Positions 53,358 to 63,692 of a stretch of 64,000 nucleotides of DNA are shown piece after piece. The notes below the pieces were generated by a model. It was not told the DNA's origin. It worked only from the letters and a program-made list of their open reading frames with translations, and ran no database searches. The translations under genes were made by a program, and so were the position numbers. The stretch spans positions 77,169-141,168 of the forward strand of contig CAZHTR010000002.1 in assembly GCA_964535585.1 (NCBI GenBank). Reading direction: 5' to 3'. How positions within the stretch are numbered: position 1 is the first letter of the stretch; every line of letters begins with the position of its first letter. Source of the stretch: an uncultured bacterium (GTDB taxonomy: Bacteria; Fidelibacterota; Fidelibacteria; Fidelibacterales; Fidelibacteraceae).

Positions 53358-56240
53358 ATGAAAAAAGGTTATATCCTTTTTGTAATTTGTTTCATCATTA
53401 CGGGTATTGCCCATGCCGATATTATCGGTACGATCCGTGGAAGTGTTACAGATGCCGCAACAGGGGACGCTCTCACGGGGGTCAATATTATGATCGAAGG
53501 CACACGGACAGGCACCTTTACCGACAATGCCGGATATTACAGTATTATCAATCTGCCGATCGGTGAATACTCTGTTTCCTTTACCATGATCGGTTACAAA
53601 AAGGTTATTCAGCATAATGTGCGGGTAATGCGAGATCAATCTACGATCATCAATGTGTTCATGGAGGTCGAAGCGGTTCTCGGAGAGATCGTGGAGGTCG
53701 TTGCGGAGCGCCCCTCAGTGGAAAAGGATGTGATCGGACGAAAGATCACCATGGAAGCCGAGCAGGTTGTCAATTTGCCGGTCAGGGATATGACGGAGAT
53801 CTATACCCTGCAGTCCGGTATTATCGAGATCAAAACGGCAGACCTGGGCATTCCCGGTTTTGAGGAACGCGGCATCGAGCAGATCCATGTGCGTGGCGGG
53901 CGTGCCAACGAAACGGGATTTATGATCGACGGCCTGTATATCGAAAATCCCATTTACGGAGGGAAAGGAAAAGGAACGCGCTTAAACCAGTTTGCGGTTT
54001 CTCAGGTTGACTTTCAGACCGGATTTTTCAATGCCGAATACGGGGACGCCATGTCGGGTATGATCAATACCGTTACCCGGACAGGTCCCGAAAAACTTAC
54101 CGGCGTTGTCCGGCTTGAACGCAGTAATTTTGGCGTGCTGTCCTCAGAACAGGACCAACTCAGGAACTATTCAAAGATCGCCGGCGGTTTTGGAGGTCCC
54201 TTATTTACCAAGAACATACGCTGGTGGACAAGTTTTGATCAGTCCAGGCAAGCATATGCCGTTTATGAATTTGATGATCTCGCTTTTGATATGAGCGATC
54301 CGTTAAGTGACTACAATACCAAGAATTTCATTAATCCTCTGGATACGATCCCCGGATGGCGGTCTTTCGGATTTGACAATACCTTCGATATCTTTAACAA
54401 ACTGAGCTTCATAATATCTCCCAAGATCCGGCTGAATCTCTCTCACTGGTATGTTACGTCCAATTATAAAGCATTTGACCCGGCGTATATATTTTATGAC
54501 CTGGGAAAAAATGAAGTTGAAAAAACATCTCAGCGCTATACGCTTGAATGGCGGCACCAGCTGAACGACAGAACCTTTTATACCTTCAATTATTCGGATT
54601 TTACGCAGGAAATGACGATGGGCGTCCGGAACTACGATTCCGACGGGGACGGATATCCCGACTGGGTGGAACAGCGTTATTTTGCGGATTTTTATGACAG
54701 TACGAAAGTTCCGCGCATTGACGGTATCCCTCTGGAATATGTCATCTCAGGAACAGATACGATCTGGAAGCTGGGTGATGAACTGGCGGAATGGCTTACG
54801 CCGGAACAGTATAATCAACCCTATACTTACTACCCCTTCGTTTTTGGTTACAGGAACGAGGATATCATTGTCCGGTATCAGAACAGCCCGAACCTCTTGC
54901 GGTATTACGGAGAATTTTACTATAGTGGCGCCGACCGCTACCATCACTATACCCGGTCAAGGACCCGGGAATACAAATTCGATATCACCTCACAAGTGCA
55001 CAGACATCATCAGATAAAGACGGGTATCGACTATAAAACGCACGATATTACCTTTGATGAGATCCAGTTGCCATGGCTTTCGACTCCCTATACCGAGAAA
55101 TACGATCGCCGTCCTCAGGAATTTGCAGGGTATATACAAGATAAGATAGAATATCCCTGGATGGTCATCAATGCCGGTTTGCGTTTTGATGCTTCCAATT
55201 CACGTGATTCCATGTGGGCGGATCCCCGGGTTCCCGATACAACACTGCATCCCACCACCTGGGAATTTCTATGGAGCCCGCGTCTTGGGTTCTCGCATGT
55301 AATAACCGAAAAGTCCACATTTACCTTCGGGTACGGTATCTATTATCAGAACCCCACCTACCGTGATGTGTATAACAACATTGACAAGCGTGCGAACATG
55401 GATGAATTCTTTAATACCCCGATGCCGCTTGTAGGAAACCCCTCTGTCAGCGCACAAAAAGTGACAAGCTATGAGTTTGGTTTCAATACGGAAGTAATGA
55501 ATGATTATGTGCTTGGTGTCGTTGGTTGGTCTAAAGATTACAGTAATATGAATTCAACCGAACAGGTTCGCGTGGGCTCGGTGAGGTATACAACATTTGT
55601 GAATTACGATTATGGTTCCGCGCGCGGAATTGACCTTATCTTCGAAAAACGGCGCGGTCGTTTCTTCACCGGAAATCTGCAATATACCTATTCGGTTGCC
55701 ATGGGGAACCGTTCCGACCCCTGGGCGGGTTACCGGAATTCCGAAGACCCCCTGACCATGCCGAAAACCGAAGTACTGCAGGAATACGACAGGACACATG
55801 ATTTTAGTGCCCAGATGACGATTCGCATGCCCAAGGGATACGGTATCCCGCTGGGAGCGTATCATCTTTTCCAGAATACCATGACCAACATTACGCTTAT
55901 TGCCATTTCGGGCGCGCCCTATACCCCGATCCTTTTGAACGATAAGGCGGGCCCCGTTAACAGTGAGCGCATGCCCCCGATCTTTACCGCCAACATGGCA
56001 TTCAGAAAATATATCAATGTACTGGGTGACAGTCGCATGGTTCTGGGGTTCGTGTGTACGAACATCTTCAATCGTAAAAACCCGGTCTATGTCTTTCCCC
56101 GGACCGGAGACCCGGAAAACCCGGGCGGGATAGATCAGCGCTATATCCAGGAAGGTCTCAGAAGTTCCACATTCTATGACAGACCGTGGCACTATGATGA
56201 CGCGCGCAGTATTGACTTCTTTGTTGAAGTTGAGTTTTAA
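53358..56240 (+). CDS. TonB-dependent-receptor-like outer-membrane protein with a CarboxypepD_reg domain (cassette 2)
   Basis: It parallels 43188..46187: GTIRGSVTDAATGDALTGVNIMIEGT, IHVRGGRANET, INAGLRFD, NIFNRKNPVYVF, and a C-terminal VEF. Confidence 0.8.
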   Translation: MKKGYILFVICFIITGIAHADIIGTIRGSVTDAATGDALTGVNIMIEGTRTGTFTDNAGYYSIINLPIGEYSVSFTMIGYKKVIQHNVRVMRDQSTIINVFMEVEAVLGEIVEVVAERPSVEKDVIGRKITMEAEQVVNLPVRDMTEIYTLQSGIIEIKTADLGIPGFEERGIEQIHVRGGRANETGFMIDGLYIENPIYGGKGKGTRLNQFAVSQVDFQTGFFNAEYGDAMSGMINTVTRTGPEKLTGVVRLERSNFGVLSSEQDQLRNYSKIAGGFGGPLFTKNIRWWTSFDQSRQAYAVYEFDDLAFDMSDPLSDYNTKNFINPLDTIPGWRSFGFDNTFDIFNKLSFIISPKIRLNLSHWYVTSNYKAFDPAYIFYDLGKNEVEKTSQRYTLEWRHQLNDRTFYTFNYSDFTQEMTMGVRNYDSDGDGYPDWVEQRYFADFYDSTKVPRIDGIPLEYVISGTDTIWKLGDELAEWLTPEQYNQPYTYYPFVFGYRNEDIIVRYQNSPNLLRYYGEFYYSGADRYHHYTRSRTREYKFDITSQVHRHHQIKTGIDYKTHDITFDEIQLPWLSTPYTEKYDRRPQEFAGYIQDKIEYPWMVINAGLRFDASNSRDSMWADPRVPDTTLHPTTWEFLWSPRLGFSHVITEKSTFTFGYGIYYQNPTYRDVYNNIDKRANMDEFFNTPMPLVGNPSVSAQKVTSYEFGFNTEVMNDYVLGVVGWSKDYSNMNSTEQVRVGSVRYTTFVNYDYGSARGIDLIFEKRRGRFFTGNLQYTYSVAMGNRSDPWAGYRNSEDPLTMPKTEVLQEYDRTHDFSAQMTIRMPKGYGIPLGAYHLFQNTMTNITLIAISGAPYTPILLNDKAGPVNSERMPPIFTANMAFRKYINVLGDSRMVLGFVCTNIFNRKNPVYVFPRTGDPENPGGIDQRYIQEGLRSSTFYDRPWHYDDARSIDFFVEVEF

Positions 56241-56251
56241 GGAGTTTATTC

Positions 56252-59200
56252 ATGAAATATATACAACGCATCGGATGTTTACTTTTACCCGTTTTGCTTC
56301 TTGCGATACCGCTTGATGAGGTTAAGCCAAAGACGGTTTTATCCAAACAAACATCCTCAAATCCCCTTCTGGAGCGCGCAAAGAGCTATGCGGACCAGGG
56401 TAAATTAAAAACGGCCATTTTGAACTACGGTAATTTTGTTGATCATTGGCAAGGTGATGTTGCAGGAGCCTGGGGCGAATATCAGTGGCTTGCCAATGTT
56501 TCCTTTATGCTGGGTGTGCCGGGAAAAGATAAAGACGGCGACCCCTATCCCTGGGCGATGCGCCCCCATCCGGACAATCCAGATTCGATCATTTACTGGG
56601 GACCGAGCGTTTCGGAATCCTGGCTTGACAGAACATCCAACCAGATCAATACTGACTGGGATGTGGTCTTGGGATCGAAAGGAAGAACCTATTCCGGCGA
56701 GATCACGGCAGGTGATTATGTGGGAGGTGTCTGGACGGACGAAAACGATACCTGGCCGCTATTGGCAACATCCATCGTTCCCGAATCCTGGCCGGTGCGC
56801 GTTGACGAATTTGGCGAAGAAGAACGATTCTGGCCCGGCTGGTTCGCTACCGATACGGATCCCTCTTCACCAACGTACCTGCAAGAGGTCCCCGGGCGTT
56901 TTGTTTCCGATGTGGATATCTATCTGGAATTTGATGATCGCTTTGCCGATCGTGAACCCGTATCTCGATTTACGGGGTACCCTACAGGCAGTAAGGTGCT
57001 GGCCACCGTGCATTCCTACGGACGTGCCTACGCGGAAGATATTATTTTTGTAACAATGAAGGTTGTTAACGAAAGTGATAAATATGGCTTGAACGGCGGT
57101 CTGGGATATGATTATGAAGATGTATATTTCGGATTTTATTTCGATGCCGACATGTTCAGTTCCTTTTATTACGGAGGATATCGTCCCTGTAATACGAACG
57201 ACGGCGATATGATGGGATACAACACAGAATATAACTATGCGTATATTTACGACCTGACGGGCACGGAATGCGGTGGAGCATATGAGTTCAACGCATATGC
57301 CGCCGTTAAGCTTCTGGATACGCCGACCGCCAGCGATACGGTGTGGCTGGATGATTTGAACTATGTTGCGCCGGGCGAAGAACTGGGTCTGACGGACTGG
57401 CATTGGTTCGACTGGTATAACCGTCCCGGTGTGGTTGACAAAGAAGGGTCCGGAGGCCCGTTTGTGGGAGACGCGAGAACACCTGAGTCTCCCAAAAAAG
57501 AACAATTAATGTATCAGCTCATGTCGGGCGATACGACAGGATTAAGTGAAAAAGAATGGCAGTGGTATTTCCATCGCGACACCAGAGGAAACCTGAACCC
57601 CCATTTTGACAGCATGGAAGGACTTCTTGCGCAATTCCCCGATGGTTTGGACTGCGTATGCATGATGTCCTCCGGCCCCTTTACTTTTGCGGTCGGTGAT
57701 ACGGCCATGTTCTCCTTTGCGATCATCATGGGTGAGGACATTCCCGACCTGAACCGGAACGCGAACATGGCACAGATCATGTATGACCTCCGCTATCAGG
57801 GTTTTTCCGCGCCACAGGCACCAACGGTATCGGCGATCACGGAGTGGGACCCCGAAACCCAGCGCGCCGCCGTTCGGCTTGTCTGGGATGACGCGGCCGA
57901 ATATTCCCGGGATATTGTAACCGGATATGCCGATTTTCAGGGTTACCGGGTCTATAAATCAACTGATGGCGGTAAAAGCTGGGGTACAAAGATCTTTGAT
58001 ATCAATCAGACCCATGCCGGCTGGAAGCCGATCGCACAGTATGACCTGAGCCTGGAACAGGATCTTGCACGTTACGGCAGAGATATTTCGGGTCCCGACC
58101 CCCTGGCTCCCTGGTTCAGTCTGGGCGAAAATACCGGGTTGCGACATGAATACCTCGATACGGATGTGCAGCTGGGCAAGGAATACACATATTCCGTGAC
58201 TGCGTATGATATCGGCATGGAACCCGGCTTTACCATTGAAGTATACAGTGAAGAGATCACAGATCCCGTTTCGGGGTTTACCTATGAGGTAATACGGTAC
58301 GATACGACTTGGTCGCAAACCAATACGAGCAGTCAGTGGGCATATTATTCCCTTGAAAGCCTTGAAAGCCCGAAAGGTACCACGCCACAGTCTCCGCAGT
58401 TTATCAAAGTCACCCCAACCAGGACCCCGGTGGACCTGAAGGGTAAAATTGACCTTATCCCGGGACCGAACACCATAGGGAATACGGAAACAAAGATAAG
58501 GATCACAGATCCCGCAAAAGTAAAAGAACATCAATACAAGATCGCAATATCCGCAAGTTCTGCACTTTCAACCTATGGTCCCTATATAAGATACCCGAAG
58601 TATTCCGTTATCAACATGAATACCGGAGACACACTGATCAACAAACACACGAACAGTGACCTTGATCCCAATTCCAAAGTACATTACCGTCCGATCTTTG
58701 ATGGTCTCCAGGTGATTTTTTCCAATCTGGAACGTGCCGCGATCAAGAATGTCTATTGGGCTTCCGATCAGAAATATGTGTCGGCACATGCCAGATCGAC
58801 ACTGCCATACCCGCCTTCAGCCGATTACGCTGTCATTTTCGGTGCGCTCGATGAAGTATTGGATACGGTCTTCTGGCGGCTTCCCACACCGGCGAACAGA
58901 GTGGGTGTCCCCTTTAAGGCGATCAAACTTCCTTCCGGAGAACGTGTTGAACTGTTGGTCATGGAACATGTTAACAGCAGGGACGGGATCCTGAACTATA
59001 TGGACGAGATCGCTTTCCGCGAATCAAATGTTCCCGGACAGCCGCCGGCAAATTTTGTTCAGACCTGGCAGATACGGTTCGAATGGGACACTCTTTTGGT
59101 TGCAAAGGATGAATATCCCTTTGTCCCGGGAGACACGCTTTTTGTTTATACGAACAAGCCGCTGCATAACGGAGACGAATATACCTTTACCGCTGCGGAT

Positions 59201-59527
59201 TATCGACAGGAAGTGGAGGTCACGGAAGAAGAGCTTGCGGAAATCAGGGTTGTTCCCAATCCTTACATTGTTTCCGCGCAATGGGAACAGAGCCAGTATA
59301 CGAAAAAGCTGTTGTTCATGAACTTACCGTCCGAATGTACGATCACGATCTTCACCCTGACGGGAGAATATGTCAACACGATCGTCCATAACAATCCCTA
59401 CGATAATTCGGCGGCCTGGAATTTAACCACGATCAACCGTCAGGAAGTTGCCCCGGGTCTGTATGTATTTACAGTTGAAATGCCCAACGGCAAAAAACAT
59501 GTCGGCAAATTTGCAATTATTCGATAA
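56252..59527 (+). CDS. Large secreted protein (1091 aa) with an FN3-like domain and a T9SS-type C-terminal domain (cassette 2 cargo)
   Basis: It shares SSGPFTFA, Y.Y.VTAYD/N and the C-terminal domain IRVVPNPYI...CTITIFTLTGEYVNTI...GLYVFTV with 46220..49549. Confidence 0.7.
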   Translation: MKYIQRIGCLLLPVLLLAIPLDEVKPKTVLSKQTSSNPLLERAKSYADQGKLKTAILNYGNFVDHWQGDVAGAWGEYQWLANVSFMLGVPGKDKDGDPYPWAMRPHPDNPDSIIYWGPSVSESWLDRTSNQINTDWDVVLGSKGRTYSGEITAGDYVGGVWTDENDTWPLLATSIVPESWPVRVDEFGEEERFWPGWFATDTDPSSPTYLQEVPGRFVSDVDIYLEFDDRFADREPVSRFTGYPTGSKVLATVHSYGRAYAEDIIFVTMKVVNESDKYGLNGGLGYDYEDVYFGFYFDADMFSSFYYGGYRPCNTNDGDMMGYNTEYNYAYIYDLTGTECGGAYEFNAYAAVKLLDTPTASDTVWLDDLNYVAPGEELGLTDWHWFDWYNRPGVVDKEGSGGPFVGDARTPESPKKEQLMYQLMSGDTTGLSEKEWQWYFHRDTRGNLNPHFDSMEGLLAQFPDGLDCVCMMSSGPFTFAVGDTAMFSFAIIMGEDIPDLNRNANMAQIMYDLRYQGFSAPQAPTVSAITEWDPETQRAAVRLVWDDAAEYSRDIVTGYADFQGYRVYKSTDGGKSWGTKIFDINQTHAGWKPIAQYDLSLEQDLARYGRDISGPDPLAPWFSLGENTGLRHEYLDTDVQLGKEYTYSVTAYDIGMEPGFTIEVYSEEITDPVSGFTYEVIRYDTTWSQTNTSSQWAYYSLESLESPKGTTPQSPQFIKVTPTRTPVDLKGKIDLIPGPNTIGNTETKIRITDPAKVKEHQYKIAISASSALSTYGPYIRYPKYSVINMNTGDTLINKHTNSDLDPNSKVHYRPIFDGLQVIFSNLERAAIKNVYWASDQKYVSAHARSTLPYPPSADYAVIFGALDEVLDTVFWRLPTPANRVGVPFKAIKLPSGERVELLVMEHVNSRDGILNYMDEIAFRESNVPGQPPANFVQTWQIRFEWDTLLVAKDEYPFVPGDTLFVYTNKPLHNGDEYTFTAADYRQEVEVTEEELAEIRVVPNPYIVSAQWEQSQYTKKLLFMNLPSECTITIFTLTGEYVNTIVHNNPYDNSAAWNLTTINRQEVAPGLYVFTVEMPNGKKHVGKFAIIR

Positions 59528-59539
59528 AGGAGAGCGCAA

Positions 59540-60583
59540 ATGCATTTTATGAAGCGTTCATTCATTATAACACTGATCTTACTATTCACCGCTGCCGGTT
59601 TCGCACAGACCGATATCCCGGAAGATATCTCAAAGGTAGCGACACGTGCGGGACAATTCCTGAAAATGGAAGTCGGCGCTAAGGCCGCTTCGCTGGGCGG
59701 TGCGCATGTTGCCGGTGTTAACGACCTGTCGGCGCTGGCCTGGAATCCTGCCGGACTTGCGCATATTTCCCAGCAGAGTTTTTACGGGACATATACATCC
59801 CTGTACGCAGGGATCCAGCATGGATTTGTTGCTTACGGTACAAAGATCTCACATTCGGATTATCTGGGTGCAAGTGTTACCTATCTCAATTCCGGAGAAA
59901 TGGAAGTAACAAGCCTTCGGTTCCCTGACGGATCCGGAGAGTTCTTCTATGTCAGCAACCTTGCGGTGGGATTGTCCTATGCGCGCAAACTGACCGATCG
60001 TCTGAGTATCGGAGCAACCGCCAAATTCGTTCACGAGACCATTTGGCGCGAGAAGGCTTCCGCCTTCGGATTTGATATCGGCTCGCAGTTCGATACCGGT
60101 ATCAAGGGTATCCACCTCGGCATGGCGATCACAAATTTCAGTACAAAAATGAAATTTGACGGACCCGATCTGAATATAGATGTCGATACTGATCCGACCT
60201 ACGAAGGCAATCCGGATACTCCCGCCCGGCTGAATACGCTGGAATGGTCCCTGCCGCTTGTGTTCAGGCTGGGCATCATGGCCGATGTCATGGGTCCGCG
60301 AAGCGAATTGATCCAGAATCAGAAGCACAGGGTCACAGTCTATTTCGATGGAAATGATCCGTTGGACAATGTTCTGCGTTTCAATACGGGTGTTGAATAT
60401 TCCTTTCAGGAAATACTTGCTTTACGTGCCGGATATCACCTAAATTACGATACAGCAAATTTTTCTGCCGGTGTCGGCCTGAATTTGGAGTTGAACAACA
60501 TGCCGTTGAACATTGATTATGCTATTGTCAGTTACGGTATATTAGGATTTGTGAATCAAGTGAGCATCCAAATAGGATTATAA
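59540..60583 (+). CDS. PorV/PorQ-family outer-membrane beta-barrel (cassette 2)
   Basis: TRAGQFLKMEVGAKAASLGGAHVAGVNDLSALAWNPAGLAHI. SYARKLTDRLSIGATAKFVHET parallels SYARKLTDRINVGLTAKLIYES in the cassette 1 copy. Confidence 0.75.
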   Translation: MHFMKRSFIITLILLFTAAGFAQTDIPEDISKVATRAGQFLKMEVGAKAASLGGAHVAGVNDLSALAWNPAGLAHISQQSFYGTYTSLYAGIQHGFVAYGTKISHSDYLGASVTYLNSGEMEVTSLRFPDGSGEFFYVSNLAVGLSYARKLTDRLSIGATAKFVHETIWREKASAFGFDIGSQFDTGIKGIHLGMAITNFSTKMKFDGPDLNIDVDTDPTYEGNPDTPARLNTLEWSLPLVFRLGIMADVMGPRSELIQNQKHRVTVYFDGNDPLDNVLRFNTGVEYSFQEILALRAGYHLNYDTANFSAGVGLNLELNNMPLNIDYAIVSYGILGFVNQVSIQIGL

Positions 60584-60617
60584 ATAATAAAAAATGAAAC
60601 CTTTGAAAGGAGAACAC

Positions 60618-63482
60618 ATGAAACGTGTAATCGCTTTGTTATTGATTGCCGGTGTAGCCCTATTTGCGGCAACGGCACCTCAAAGTGATCCCGTGGAAAA
60701 TGCAGGTACCCCGAGAGCCAAAGAGACACAGGTCTATATCAAGACTGCGCCTCTTCCGCTAGACGAGGTCCGCACACGTACTTCGGCCTTTAACAGATTG
60801 ATGGCTCCCGCCGTCACTGTTGATACATCGGCCGTGGAAGTGATCTATTTTGAGGACTTTGAAAATGGTGCACCCGGATGGGTGAACTTTGACGGTACCG
60901 CGCCGGACCCCCGCGGGAAATTCCACCTGCTTGATTATTTTGATACGGGTGATTCCCTTTGGTGGTGCGGAGACCCGGTCCTGGGCGGTTATCTGAATAA
61001 CTGGAACGTCGCACTTGAAACCCCGGAAGTTGTTCTTACCGGCGGGGACAGCATTCTGTCCTTTGATATCAGAATGTATGCCGAACCTCCCGAAGTATAC
61101 AACGAATGGGATGGCTGGGATGGCGGAAATGTTCAGATCACCAATGACGGCGGCGCAACATGGACCATTCTTCAGCCTACCGGTGTTCCGTATAACGTTA
61201 CCAGCATGTATTCATTTGGTACCGTTCTGGGCATGGGTCCCGGAGTCCCCGGATGGGGCGGTGAAGTTGCCGGTCGTGCCGAAGTGAATATAGCCGAATA
61301 TATCGGCGATACAGTTAAGGTTCGCTTTGTATTTGTTGCCGACGTTGCTTATGACGTATTGGACGATGATGACCTGATCGGTATGATGGTTGACAGTATT
61401 CACGTTGCCGGCGATGCCGAATTCAACGGAAGCGTCAGCGACGGTTTGATCACATACGGTATTAAAACGCCGAGCGGCTCTTACTGGACCGTTCATGAAA
61501 CGACCGATTCCATTCCTTCTCCGACACATGCGTTAAGGAACTTTGACGGCGATACGTATGCCTTGAACCTCGAAGATTATTTTGTTTCTCCCTCCATTGT
61601 TCTGCCGGATGAAGAAAACATGCTGATCTTCTGCGATTTTGAATTTATGGCGGATTTTGTCGATAATGACGAATTCCCGGATGTCGAATACTGGCGCATG
61701 GAATTCTCGCCGGATAATGGTGTTACATGGCGGGCGATCTCAAACCATGAGAACTCCGGAAATCCGAACTACGTATATACCGGATCCGGCCCGAACTGGT
61801 ATCCGTTCCGCGGGTCGTTTAGTTACAGTGAATGTAATCTGACGGCACATGCCGGAAAAACCGTAAAATTCCGTTTTTACTTCCGCAGCGATGGTGATAC
61901 ACCTTCGGGTAGCGGTCTGTGGATCGATGATTTTATCGTCTATTCCATTCCGGACCTCCCTGTTCCGCCAAATGTTGTAGCGGAAATGGACGCGGAAGAA
62001 CACATCGTTATCAGCTGGTACGAACTGAATGGCACACATATGCTGCCCATTGAATTCATGGGTGCAGACCCTGCAGATTGCGGAACCTATAATGGCCCCG
62101 GAGCTACCTTTTTTGGCGGCGCAGCAGGGGTCGGCATGGGTATGAATTACGATACGCAAGGTAAAGACGTGTTACTTTCGAGTCTGGATTTTGCTTTGCC
62201 GGGAATCAATCCCGATGGGGACAGTATTTCCGTCATGCTTTACAGTCCGAGTGTGGGTGTCTTGTATTGGAGCGATAATTTTGTTCCTGCCGTGGGCGGC
62301 GGATTTGAAAGCATCGATATCAGCGATGACTCGATTGCCGTGAACGGTCCCTTCCGTGTATTGATCTTCTGGGAAACATCAGCATCTCGGCCTGCTTGTT
62401 ATATTGATCTTGATGGTTCCGGTATGTCCCTTTATAGCGGAGGTTTCTATACTGCTGCCTATGGTACACCGGTTGGCGCCCAGGGCGAATTCGGGGTTAC
62501 CTATGAAGGTATGACCTATAATGTATACCGCCGGGTAGCAACCACGTCAACCTTTACGCGTATCGCATCCGGTGTGGCGGAGAACTCCTATACGGATGAA
62601 ACGGCTGAGCCTTTCGTTGAATATGAATATTATGTCACCAGCACCAAGGGCGACTTTGAAAGTCAGCCGAGTGCGCGCAGACGTGCTTATGTCGTTCCGA
62701 ACGATGTAGAAGAGATCGCGTACGACGACGGTAGCTTCGAAGACTACTTTGATCTTGGTTTGGATACCATGGTTGTGATCAAGATCACGCCTTCAAGCTA
62801 TCCTGCCAAACTGGAAGCTCTGCGTTTCAATAATATTTATGCGGGAGATGCTTATAAGATCAAGGTATTTGCCGACGATAACGGAATGCCCGGTGAAAGC
62901 TGGCTCCGTATTGAACCTTCCATCGCTGCCGCGATCGCGGGCTGGAATACATTTAAACTGACCAACCCCATCACCCAAACCCAAAGCGGTATTGTCCTTG
63001 AAGACGGTGAAAGCATCTGGATCGGCGTAAAAGGCGCGGATACCCGATGGGCTTCCTGGCTTGCAATGGATATGAACAGTGGGTATTCCGGACTGGCAAC
63101 CATGCAGGTTCCCAGCGGCGGATGGACTTCGATCGTGCCGGTGAAAGCAGGTAATCCGATGATCCGCGGATATTTTGATGTGGACATTGACCTGACCGCA
63201 ACCGAAGAGATCGTTCCTGCGAAATATGTATTGTCGCAGAACTATCCGAACCCCTTTAACCCGGTTACCACCATTCGTTTTGAGCTCAGGGAAGCCGGCA
63301 TGACAAAGATCGAAGTATTCGATATTACCGGTCGTCATGTCCGTACTCTGGTAGATAAACCGATGGAAGCCGGTTCGTACAATCTGAAATTTGATGCCTC
63401 TGCACTCTCAAGCGGTATCTATTTCTATCGTATGACCTCGGGTAATTTTACTGACATTAAGAAGATGTCACTCCTGAAGTAA
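60618..63482 (+). CDS. Large secreted protein with a T9SS C-terminal sorting domain, unknown function
   Basis: ATG at 60618 sits behind AAAGGAG, and a signal peptide is present. The C-terminus is NYPNPFNPVTTIRF...KKMSLLK. Confidence 0.7.
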   Translation: MKRVIALLLIAGVALFAATAPQSDPVENAGTPRAKETQVYIKTAPLPLDEVRTRTSAFNRLMAPAVTVDTSAVEVIYFEDFENGAPGWVNFDGTAPDPRGKFHLLDYFDTGDSLWWCGDPVLGGYLNNWNVALETPEVVLTGGDSILSFDIRMYAEPPEVYNEWDGWDGGNVQITNDGGATWTILQPTGVPYNVTSMYSFGTVLGMGPGVPGWGGEVAGRAEVNIAEYIGDTVKVRFVFVADVAYDVLDDDDLIGMMVDSIHVAGDAEFNGSVSDGLITYGIKTPSGSYWTVHETTDSIPSPTHALRNFDGDTYALNLEDYFVSPSIVLPDEENMLIFCDFEFMADFVDNDEFPDVEYWRMEFSPDNGVTWRAISNHENSGNPNYVYTGSGPNWYPFRGSFSYSECNLTAHAGKTVKFRFYFRSDGDTPSGSGLWIDDFIVYSIPDLPVPPNVVAEMDAEEHIVISWYELNGTHMLPIEFMGADPADCGTYNGPGATFFGGAAGVGMGMNYDTQGKDVLLSSLDFALPGINPDGDSISVMLYSPSVGVLYWSDNFVPAVGGGFESIDISDDSIAVNGPFRVLIFWETSASRPACYIDLDGSGMSLYSGGFYTAAYGTPVGAQGEFGVTYEGMTYNVYRRVATTSTFTRIASGVAENSYTDETAEPFVEYEYYVTSTKGDFESQPSARRRAYVVPNDVEEIAYDDGSFEDYFDLGLDTMVVIKITPSSYPAKLEALRFNNIYAGDAYKIKVFADDNGMPGESWLRIEPSIAAAIAGWNTFKLTNPITQTQSGIVLEDGESIWIGVKGADTRWASWLAMDMNSGYSGLATMQVPSGGWTSIVPVKAGNPMIRGYFDVDIDLTATEEIVPAKYVLSQNYPNPFNPVTTIRFELREAGMTKIEVFDITGRHVRTLVDKPMEAGSYNLKFDASALSSGIYFYRMTSGNFTDIKKMSLLK

Positions 63483-63501
63483 TTACCCGTTAACGTACAT
63501 T

Positions 63502-63532
63502 AAAAAACCCTCCCACCCGGGAGGGTTTTTTT
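63502..63532 (+). terminator. Strong Rho-independent terminator
   Basis: CCCTCCC (63508-63514) pairs with GGGAGGG (63519-63525) around the loop ACCC, followed by T7, with an A-run upstream. Confidence 0.85.
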
Positions 63533-63692
63533 ATATCAATAATTAATTTTTCATCCCCGGTCATTTCTTTAAGATGAAAAGTTGTTGAAAAATATTGTTA
63601 TTTCTCTGATATATCAGGAACTACGGCACTTTAATGTTGTTTTATTTATTGTAAAATCCTATCATAGGTCATTGAAAAGACAGGAAGAATTC

